Shown here piece by piece: positions 55,699 to 64,000 of a stretch of 64,000 nucleotides of DNA. Both the position numbers and the translations under genes were made by a program. The notes under the pieces are model-generated. The model saw nothing but the letters and a program-made list of their open reading frames with translations. It did not search any database and was not told the DNA's origin. Source of the DNA: a virus. Position 1 is the stretch's first letter. Each line of letters starts with the position of its first letter. The stretch lies in IMG/VR virus record IMGVR_UViG_3300028412_000004, positions 61,532 through 125,531 of that record; one strand, written 5' to 3'.

Positions 55699-56961
55699 AT
55701 GAGTGACAACACGTTTGTAGGAACATCAGGAGAGGTAACATCCCAAGAAATACCAAAGAAAATAATGGACCTCGCTGTGGCGCTTTCAAAACGCCACGGA
55801 GACATTTACATAAGCCGGGAATCTGGTGGTATTCACTTGAACATGGCGTCACCGGCACGCTTAGAGATAGACGGGCCGGCAGAGCTAAACAAACGCCACC
55901 TGGCTTTAAACGCTGAGAAATACTTAGGTTTAGGAAAGTGGGCTAAGTTAAAAGGAACATACAACGCAGAGTATACTGCGAATTGTATGAAGTCGAACAA
56001 GGCTTACAGCGTTGAAGAATTGCTGAAGACGCCGACTCTTGCGAAGCGTGGTATTTCCACAGATGGGGAAACCAAAGTACAGGTCAGTGTGTCTGATAAG
56101 AACCTTGTGGATGATGGTTCCGGAAATATGATTCCGGAGCACCCAGGCAAGGTGTTGGCGTTTAAAGATGTGCATGGGTACTGCCCTGGTATCGAATTCC
56201 TAAAAGGGCGTCATTACGACTTGGATGCTTTGACGCGTCAGTTCCGCTGCGGTTACTGTATTCAGGAGTTGGAAGAAAGCCGTGCAGCTGGTCGCTTTTA
56301 CAAGAGGCTGCCTGATGGTTTCAAAGACACCCCGCAAGGTCGTGTTATATTCTTCGTAGATATGATGGGTATACAGAAAGGATGGCAGGCTCGTATAATA
56401 GAGCGAATCCGTGATGAAAGTTTTCACGAGGTGTGGCATCCATACCGTATGGAGTGGACAACTATTAGAGTTAAGCTAGGTAAAGAGTGGAGAACACTTC
56501 CAAAGTTCGCTAACCCAGAGCGCTACGAGTGGAACCCTTCTAAATATAAAACTGCTTTAGGAGCTCAACGTAACTCTATGTTGATGGGGTTAGACGCTGC
56601 TATACGTTGGAATATGGAGCGTGGTCGTATTCAGAACTCTGTATGCATTCTGTCAGAAGGGCCACTAGACGCTGGAAGATTCATGGAGCCTGGTTTGGCG
56701 CTGCTTGGTAAGTTCCTGTCGGAGAACCAAGCTTTAATTATAGCCAAGCATTTCAGAGAGGTTCTGTTTGTGGGAGATAATGACACGGCTGGCCAAAAGA
56801 CCCGTAGACGTATCAAAAGTCTACTCGGTACGAAAGTGAAGCTGCGTGATGTGGAGATTCCCAGTAATTGGGTTAGTCCTATAACCAACAAACAACCGAA
56901 GGACCCAGGCGATCTGAGTTACGAGATGGCTCGTGACTTAGTGGACCCCTACTTATTATGA
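55699..56961 (+). CDS. DNA primase (TOPRIM)
   Basis: ILSEGPLD, VGDND..G and KDPGDL motifs; GWQAR basic strand. Confidence 0.8.
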   Translation: MSDNTFVGTSGEVTSQEIPKKIMDLAVALSKRHGDIYISRESGGIHLNMASPARLEIDGPAELNKRHLALNAEKYLGLGKWAKLKGTYNAEYTANCMKSNKAYSVEELLKTPTLAKRGISTDGETKVQVSVSDKNLVDDGSGNMIPEHPGKVLAFKDVHGYCPGIEFLKGRHYDLDALTRQFRCGYCIQELEESRAAGRFYKRLPDGFKDTPQGRVIFFVDMMGIQKGWQARIIERIRDESFHEVWHPYRMEWTTIRVKLGKEWRTLPKFANPERYEWNPSKYKTALGAQRNSMLMGLDAAIRWNMERGRIQNSVCILSEGPLDAGRFMEPGLALLGKFLSENQALIIAKHFREVLFVGDNDTAGQKTRRRIKSLLGTKVKLRDVEIPSNWVSPITNKQPKDPGDLSYEMARDLVDPYLL

Positions 56962-57179
56962 ATACTTCACAAGGAATACAACTTGCCGAGGAGGCTTTTA
57001 ATTCACTCAACAAGTATAGTTGTGAGACTTTGAACGCTCGGTGGAAGGGTATTGAATTACAGCACACCAAGACAGCCTCAGAATCCACAGACCCGGATAA
57101 GATTCAGTACTTCGAGAATCTAGCGCTTCCTTATAGGAACGCGCGGGAGCACTTAGAAAAGTTAATAATGAAAGAATAG
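56958..57179 (+). CDS. Small hypothetical protein
   Basis: 73-aa ORF coupled between primase and polymerase. Confidence 0.55.
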   Translation: MNTSQGIQLAEEAFNSLNKYSCETLNARWKGIELQHTKTASESTDPDKIQYFENLALPYRNAREHLEKLIMKE

Positions 57180-57180
57180 A

Positions 57181-59623
57181 ATGAATGAAATGAAATTTAA
57201 TGTCCCTGTGTTGGACGAGTCTGCTATATCAGCAGAGCTTAAGAAAATGCAAACTTCTGGAGAAGCAGAAGTTGTGGAGAGTCCTGATGAGAACTCTCCT
57301 AAGAACGTCAGAAAGACTCGTCGCTACGGTAACCGGCTTTACGTGGCCGGCGAGGGGTCCAGAGATGCCCGCGTCATGTTAATAGCTACTTCACTCCTTG
57401 AGGAGGAGGCTGTTGAAGAACGTACGTTGACTTACGGCAAGTCCATTAAAGAGCAGGCGCGTTACCTAAAAGGCCCTACAGGTGCAATCCTGTCAGACCT
57501 TATGGGTGCGCACGGACTGGAGCTTAAGCATTGCTACTACACTGCCTTGTGTAAGTGGCTCCTCCCCCGACCCAACCGTCTTAAACCTAAAAAAGAAGAT
57601 CTAGCCTGGGGACGCGAAGCTCTTATAAATGAGATACGGGAAATTAACCCGGATGTCATTATATGTTTCGGCAAACCTGTGTTTGACCTGTTGACCGGTC
57701 TCAAACTTAAAATGAGTGACGTAGCCGGCGCGTGGTTTAATCTAGACTTACCAAAGTCAATCGAGCACCAGGTTATGCAGGAGGTTGAGGTTCCTACAAC
57801 GGAGTACGATGAGAACAATAATGCTATACTAGTTAAGGAGATGCAGATGGTTACCACCAGCGTCACTAAACTTAAAAGGCTTAATGCGCGAGTTTACCCG
57901 ATGGAGGATATCACCAAACTGCTGACCAAACCGGAGACTGTTCTTAAGTTCAAAAAGGACTTCATCGAGGTTAAACGTACTCTGGATAAAGTAGACGGTA
58001 TACACGTTGATGAGTATGAGCAGAAGTATGAGGTTATCCGCGATGTTGACGCCTTGCAGGAGTTGATAGCCCGCTTAGCGCGGGATAATAGAACAATCTT
58101 GTCGGTAGACTGTGAATGGCATGGTAATACGCCGATCGACGGTAAGCTCAGATCTTTACAGATCGCGTGGGCTCCTGGAGAGGCAGCTTACATCCGGTTT
58201 ATGGATGATGCGCTCAACTACACCTTCGATGTTCCTTATAAAGTAGCAGGGGCTGTTTTAGGACAACATCTAGATAATGAGGATGTGAGATACGTCGGTC
58301 ATCATCTGGCGGCCGATTTACCTTGGATGTACTACACACTCGGACTCAACTGGTATAAGAAAGCATTCTTAGACACAGAGTTTGCAGAGCAGTGCGTAGA
58401 TGAGCACCAGGAGCTTGGACTAGAACGTCTTGGTATGCATTACACAGATCTCGGGCGTTACGACATCGATCTAACACTATGGGTTAAGAAGAATGCACAC
58501 CTCGTCAAAGATGGTTACGGGTTCATACCCGACGAGATTCTTATACCTTACGCCACTAAAGACGTTGATGTTTGTATAAGGGCTTACCCGCAGATTCTTA
58601 AAAAGATGAGGCAGGATCCTGGTGACAGATTGTTGGCATACTACTACAATATATTCCACCCTTTCGTCACAGATGTGTTCACAAACTTCGCTATAAACGG
58701 ACTTCCTATGGATATCCAGAGGATGGACGAGTTACGCGATGTTTTCCATTATGCTCGTAAAGAAATGAGTAAGGACTTCCGAGAGAAGATGGCTGCCGAG
58801 AGTAATAAAATGCTTGAGGAATATCTTAAGGAAGTAACTGAGCTGGAGGAGCCTGAGCTAACTGTGATGGATATGGAGGAGCGTATTATGAGTGGAGATC
58901 CTGACGCCGCATTCTCTATATTTAAAGAGGCTGTGGGTGTACAGAAATTGAAAGATGCGCAGCCGTTCTACGATCACTTTGTCGTGGCAGCTGATTTCAA
59001 TATAAGATCTCCGGATCAGATGCGTAGGTGGTTGTTTAAGGTTAAAGGTTACACGCCTATCAAATCTACCAACAATAAAGAAAAGGGATTCCCGTCTATG
59101 CCTTGGGAGAAGGTTGCGGACTTGCCGGAGGATCGTCGTAAGGATTATAAACCATCCACCGACAAGCAGTCTTTAGAGATTCTCAAAGCACAACACCAAG
59201 ACCCGACACTAGACTATCTACTTAAGCTTAATGCTGTGGGAAACCTGTGTAAGGCTTTCCTAAAAGAGGCTGATGTAGATGAAGAAGGAGAGACCATCAG
59301 AGAGAATGGCCTTCACTTCTGGTTAGCGTCCGATGGTAAGGTTCATGGTCAGACGAGTACGACGGAAACGGGTCGTCCAAGAAGTTGGAAGCCAAATACG
59401 TTAAACTGGCCAGGCTGGATCAACGATAAGATAGCCACCGGAGTCGGGGATATTATGATTAAGAGACGTGAACAGGGGTGTCTCCCAACACGGTTTAACC
59501 ACTACCTCAGTAAGGACGGGGAAAAGTTCGAAGCTAAGATACCTAGCATTCGTTCCTGCGTTAAAGCGCCGGACGGTTGGTGTCTCGTGGAGAGTGATTA
59601 TCAGACCGCAGAAATACGAGGGT
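57181..59623 (+). CDS. polA: Family A DNA polymerase exon 1 (UDG-like domain, 3'-5' exonuclease, thumb, motif A)
   Basis: GEGSRDARVM..., SVDCEW, GHHLAAD, YATKD, TETGRPRS and VESDYQTAEIRG, which stops mid motif A. Confidence 0.9.
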
Positions 59624-61135
59624 GATTTTGTCGTTGACAAACTACCCAATTTAAAGAAAATTAATACTATGGAATTAGAGAAGAAACAATGTCAGTGCTG
59701 CAGTAACACGTTCGTCCCTAAAAGACGCACGCGTCGCTACTGTTATGATTGCGATGTTAAAACTCGCGAGAAAGCAGCACGTGCTTCTAAGGTGAAAACT
59801 AAGAAGTGTGTACATTGCTCTTCAGAGTTTTCAACGACTCGAGCTACTCAGAAGTTCTGCTCAAAATCTTGCACTGTAAGCTTCCATACAAGGAGGTCTT
59901 TCGCAGACAAGAAGATACTTACTGAGTGCGTCGAGTGTGGGACAGAGTTCGTCCCTATAAGTAAAACAAATAAAACTTGCTCGACTAAGTGTTCAAGAGC
60001 GAGGTCATACAAAAGGAGCAAGGAAGTGAAAGTACCTAAACCTTGTGTTGTTTGTGCAACTGAGTTCCTCCCAAGGCGTGTACTAGACGTATGCTGCTCT
60101 AAGGAGTGTTCCAACAAGCGAGCACGCAAGGCTCAGGACAAGGAGATCACGTGTATAGACTGTGAGGACGTTTTTACACATAGCACTACTGGGACGCCAA
60201 AGAGGTGTCCCAGCTGTAGAGTTAAACCTAAGATGATGTCTCTCAAACCCTGCGAAGGGTGTGGGAAGCATTTCAAACACAACCGCACCGACTACACCCG
60301 GTTCTGCAGTTTAACCTGCGCTACCTTAGGTATACATGCGGAGGGTCTAGCGAACGGTCTAAACAAGGATGTGATACAGGGTATAATGGTAGAGTTCATT
60401 AAGAACGCCAGACACACACCCACGATCGAAGAAGCTTCTGAAGCTGCCGGCGTTGGAGAGAACTACCACTCCCAGGTTTTAAATCTGACCGTGGAAGATC
60501 TGTTCGAGTTAGCAGGGAGAAAGAACAAGAGCCTGTTTCCTAGTAAGTTCGAAGAGCGGGTATACTACAGCATGCTGGATCTTGGGTTTACGAATACTGA
60601 CATCAATCGTCAGAAGTCTTACCCAGGTTTAAAAGGCCCGTCGGGAAGATGGCCTGTTAGATTCGACTTCTATATTAATAGTTTGAACCTCCTGGTCGAA
60701 GCCGACGGGGAGCAACACACCATGGACAAACATCTAATGTTTGACTGTGAAAGCACAAAAGCCTGCGACGCGTTGAAAGACGCGTATGCCGATGAGCACG
60801 GTATCAAGCTGGTTAGAATTCCATACCACCCCACATTTAAGGGTGTCTTTAAATTGGTGAGTCAACTACTCAGCCCCTATATACAGCAATGAATATAGCA
60901 AAGTTCTTTAATTCAGGGGACACCTCCTCGGAGGCAATCCTGAGCCAAGCCGCGGACAATCATGTCCCGGAAGGTGCAACGACTATCCCCGTCGGGGGAG
61001 TAGAGCTAAGCGGCTCGAAATGGGAACCACCCCACGTGGGTGAAGATATAGTCTGGTCTGCAAATATAATACATAAATTGCAGCAGGTGCTTACAGGCAC
61101 CGGGCTTGGGTTTGCGCCCCAAGTTGAACATAACG
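59624..61135 (+). mobile_element. Group I self-splicing intron (IA-like) in polA motif A
   Basis: Core elements P AATTCAGGGGA (60910), Q GCAATCCTGAGC (60934), R GTGCAACGACTA (60974) and S AAGATATAGTCT (61043); P3 GTTCTT/GGGAAC; two hairpins between P7 and P3'; P8 and P9 hairpins. Exon 1 ends in T and the intron ends in G; splicing gives EIRG-L-AFISGD. Confidence 0.92.
59669..60892 (+). CDS. Intron-encoded endonuclease: six zinc ribbons, HTH-like segment, Vsr/DUF559-like nuclease domain
   Basis: Six CxxC...Cxx(x)C repeats and RFDFYINSLNLLVEADGEQH...KLVRIPY. ATG at 59669 has an A-rich leader. Confidence 0.8.
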   Translation: MELEKKQCQCCSNTFVPKRRTRRYCYDCDVKTREKAARASKVKTKKCVHCSSEFSTTRATQKFCSKSCTVSFHTRRSFADKKILTECVECGTEFVPISKTNKTCSTKCSRARSYKRSKEVKVPKPCVVCATEFLPRRVLDVCCSKECSNKRARKAQDKEITCIDCEDVFTHSTTGTPKRCPSCRVKPKMMSLKPCEGCGKHFKHNRTDYTRFCSLTCATLGIHAEGLANGLNKDVIQGIMVEFIKNARHTPTIEEASEAAGVGENYHSQVLNLTVEDLFELAGRKNKSLFPSKFEERVYYSMLDLGFTNTDINRQKSYPGLKGPSGRWPVRFDFYINSLNLLVEADGEQHTMDKHLMFDCESTKACDALKDAYADEHGIKLVRIPYHPTFKGVFKLVSQLLSPYIQQ

Positions 61136-62658
61136 TAGCCTTCATCTCAGGAGATGAAGACCTAATTGACCTGGTGACGAAGCCAGATCCTTGTTTTGTA
61201 AAAGTCAAACCCAGCGCCGCCCCGGAAGACGACGCTGTGTGTCGGGTGAAATATCCGAAATACTTGGTAAACTACTCATTCGAAGAAGAAGCTTCTAAGT
61301 TCCTGATGGCTTACGGTAAAGAGGGTGAATTGGTTAAGACATTCACTGAAGAAGACCTACAACGCAATGAGGATGGAACGTGGGCCCATTACAAGCATGA
61401 CCTGCATTGGTCTCTGGCTGAGATGGTGCATAAGGTTCCTCGTGAGAAGCTTCACAACAAGCGAGATAGAGGTGCGGCGAAGGTAGGGAACTTTTCGTGT
61501 TTTCCTGCTCACACCCGTATAACCACTAATAAAGGAGAAAAAGATATTGTTAATGTAACGCTTGTCGATCTCCTGTGGGACGGTCTAGCGTGGGTTTCTC
61601 ACGAAGGTGTACAATATCAAGGAGAACGATATACAATCGAGTATGCAGGCTTTCGAGCCACACCCGACCACGTTGTGTGGCTTGAAGATGGGCGAGAGTC
61701 TTGCTTTGGTGATGCCGCTCTTGAAGACGCGGACATCGCTCGCAGCCACTCGGGTTGCGTGGTGTTACAACAACGACACACAAGCTCGAGTCAGGAGGAT
61801 CAAATTGAGCATCAACGCCAGTTATACAAGCGTGTTGATGAAGAAGGGTCTGTTGGAATAAGAGCTCGTAGCGCGTTCAAGCACTTCAAACTGAAGGTGG
61901 AAAAAGTCTACGACATCATCAACGCCGGCCCTCGGCACCGCTTCACCGCCGAAGGATATCTAGTATCCAACAGTGCATATGGGGCCGTCGGCGCGACGCT
62001 AGAGAGAAAGATCGAATCCGACACCGGAGTCAAACCAGCCGAAGGGACTGGAGAGGCTCTACTACAGGCCTTGGCAGAACGTCAACCTAGAGCCACCGCA
62101 TACTTACTGTCTATGGAAGATATTCCGGAGACCCCAGGTTACATTACAGCAGCATCAGGACGCACACGCCACTTCCACTTACACGACCAAAAGTTGTATG
62201 GGATTAAATCCCGCACGCACCAAGGTATGTTGTCGGCTATGGGACGCGAGTGCAGAAATTTCCCTATGCAAGAGAGTGTTGCTTCTACAGCAGCGCGCGC
62301 TGGCGTATGGCTTCTGGAGTTTGGTCGCAAGAACGGATTACAGGGAAGTCCTATGACAATCCTGTATGACGCCGTAGTAACCAACTGCCCGGAAGAAGAA
62401 AGAGAGATATGGAGCAAAGCACACGACGTGTTCATGTTCCTAAAGAATGGTTGGAGCTACCACGGACGAATATTGACATACCCGATCGACACAGAGTTGA
62501 ATCAGGCATGGTCATGGAAACCCAGTAAGGAAAGGCTGGCCCAACTACAAGACCCTAACTTCAAACCCACGCCCGAAAGGTTTCAACACCTGCTGAAAGG
62601 GCTGGACGCAATGATAGAAGTATACAGCGCGGCGCCAAATCTGGCACTGCGTGACTAA
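61136..62658 (+). CDS. polA: Family A DNA polymerase exon 2 (motifs B and C) with mini-intein
   Basis: AFISGD, DLH, AKVGNFS|SAYG, RECRNFPMQESVA and ILYDAV (motif C). Confidence 0.9.
61498..61971 (+). mobile_element. Mini-intein (158 aa) in PolA motif B
   Basis: CFPAHT...ATPDH...VYDIINAGPRHRFTAEGYLVSN, +1 Ser; no endonuclease motifs. Confidence 0.9.
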
Positions 62659-62708
62659 TTTGGCTAAGATGCCAGAAATAAAAACAAAACAAAATAACAA
62701 AGAAATAT

Positions 62709-64000
62709 ATGAGCAATAAATCATTCCGAATTCAAGGAGGATCCCAAGGACAAGAGTCCGTAGCAAGCGGTTCAGCTAATTACCTGAGCATGTTCCAAAA
62801 AGATGTGAACTATGTTTATCCCTCTGGGAAGAACATTCTACGTGGTCGCATACTGCCGGCGCGTGACACAAGCTTCACAGAATCAGACGATGCCTACAAA
62901 GGTAGCGTAGTTCCATACCGAGACCTCGCGTGCGGTATTCTAGACAAGGAGACTCTAACGCCTGCTTTCACACCGTGGTATGTTTTTGTGCGTGCCTACA
63001 AGTTCTTCGGCACATCGGGGGATTCTTTTATCTCCCCACAAACTCTGAAGCAAGCGACGGATAATCCGATGGACTGGGAGGACCCTGTCCGGGATTGTTT
63101 CAATTACGCGCAAAACCATAGTGATCCGTCAATCAAAGCGTTGACGGCTAAGCCTACGGATAAGATGGGAAGTTCTGTCATACCTCTAGCGAGCGACATA
63201 GCTCTCATTAATATGTACTTACAGGACCCGAAGGATAATGTCTGGAAGGTGGCTATCGTACCAGTGACCAAGACTGCTATCAACGACCTGAAGGATAAGT
63301 TGAGCAGACCAACACCTATGTCTCTAGGTGAAGCTTACGATCCTAACTTCCCTGACTATCTTTACGGGGATATTACGGACGCGGCTCGCGGCTTGCTTGT
63401 ATCAACAGCTCAAATCACTACGTCTACTGGTAACAAGTTCAATGGTTTCACCATCGGTACTGGTGCTGGACGAGATTTGTCAGGTGTTCAAGCGTTCCCA
63501 GTGGATGAACAGACTCTGTACAATCGCTACGATCTTCAGAGTGCGGACACTCTCCGCATTCTGTCTTACCAGGAGCTGGTTGAATTCATGGTCTCTGACG
63601 GGGCTATCCCGCTTGAGGTGATTAAGGCAGCTTGTTCTGAGAAGGCGAACGTGCCCTCCAAAGGTGCGATTACACAGAAGACAGCGGCGGGTCCCGCCAA
63701 TCCTCCGGCGCAACAAGCGCCCGCTGGATCACTAGGACCCTCCACACCTCAGCAAGCGGCCACAACTCCGCCAGCTACACCAACCACACCTCCACCGGTA
63801 ATACCTGCGGCTCCTAAAAAGGAGCCTGTGTTCCCGCCAGAGGGTTGGACGCAACATCCTGATAATGCCCAGTATTATTACAAAGGCAGTGAAGTTGTGA
63901 CTGAAGAGGATCTCCGCAAGCGGGCAGCAGCGCGTCCGGCAGTAGCTGTACCACCTGCAGCCCCTGCTGCGACACCCGCTTCGACTCCGTCTCAAGCAGC
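62709..64000 (+). CDS. Putative ssDNA-binding protein (gp32-like) with a Pro/Ala-rich tail, 3'-truncated
   Basis: Open frame from ATG 62709 to the window end (absent from the track because it has no stop). RGRILPA near the N-terminus, a low-complexity tail, and position after the polymerase. Confidence 0.55.
   Translation, partial: MSNKSFRIQGGSQGQESVASGSANYLSMFQKDVNYVYPSGKNILRGRILPARDTSFTESDDAYKGSVVPYRDLACGILDKETLTPAFTPWYVFVRAYKFFGTSGDSFISPQTLKQATDNPMDWEDPVRDCFNYAQNHSDPSIKALTAKPTDKMGSSVIPLASDIALINMYLQDPKDNVWKVAIVPVTKTAINDLKDKLSRPTPMSLGEAYDPNFPDYLYGDITDAARGLLVSTAQITTSTGNKFNGFTIGTGAGRDLSGVQAFPVDEQTLYNRYDLQSADTLRILSYQELVEFMVSDGAIPLEVIKAACSEKANVPSKGAITQKTAAGPANPPAQQAPAGSLGPSTPQQAATTPPATPTTPPPVIPAAPKKEPVFPPEGWTQHPDNAQYYYKGSEVVTEEDLRKRAAARPAVAVPPAAPAATPASTPSQA

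Noticed and set aside
59620-59647. Local hairpin (GGGT...ACCC) as the intron P1
   Set aside because: It pairs the splice-site U with A instead of the conserved U-G; GCCC at 60873 next to P2 fits better. The hairpin may still affect endonuclease expression.
59468-59668. Track start for the endonuclease at 59468
   Set aside because: It overlaps polA exon 1 out of frame; ATG 59669 has the genome-typical A-rich leader and begins the zinc-ribbon domain.
60889-62658. 589-aa ORF as an independent complete gene
   Set aside because: Its first 82 codons are the ribozyme core; polymerase homology starts at the 3' splice site (kept only as a speculative finding).
1-64000. Eukaryotic giant virus origin suggested by glycosyltransferases, inteins and SD-less starts
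   Set aside because: Sheath, tube, baseplate, terminase, sigma factor and Rho-independent terminators indicate a bacterial tailed phage.
1-64000. Alternative genetic code, tRNA genes, diversity-generating retroelement
   Set aside because: Standard-code ORFs tile the window and end in all three stops; no cloverleaf or reverse transcriptase was recognised.

Overview
This 64-kb window is part of a large contractile-tailed (myovirus-type) dsDNA phage genome in genetic code 11, almost all on the + strand. Order: head genes (scaffold-like, decoration-like, HK97-type major capsid; 1-4.6 kb); neck, sheath, tube, spike, chaperones, tape measure and baseplate (4.6-18.7 kb); a Cys-rich repeat fibre and a Ser/Gly-repeat protein (18.7-23 kb); a glycan-building cassette (GT25, methyltransferases, fucosyltransferase-like and GT-A domains, sulfotransferase; 23-29 kb); three CxxC genes, a sigma factor and the rest of the baseplate (29-35.5 kb); an inverted orphan; the terminase large subunit (minus strand); and a replication block (RNase H, Mre11/Rad50, RAMP-like protein, SF2 helicase, DnaB, iteron-bearing initiator, primase, PolA, SSB-like; 43-64 kb). 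Self-splicing elements are dense. terL is broken in Walker A by an atypically split intein (40-aa IntN, 121-aa IntC) and has a second intein in Walker B that hides an out-of-frame LAGLIDADG-like sequence. dnaB carries an intein. polA carries a group I intron (with a six-zinc-ribbon endonuclease gene) and a mini-intein. The best candidates for new biology are the split terL intein, the putative virion glycosylation/sulfation module beside Ser-rich fibre proteins, the hidden-frame endonuclease and the solitary RAMP-fold gene. All product calls come from motifs read by eye; no database searches were run. No tRNA, rRNA, CRISPR array or reverse transcriptase was recognised.
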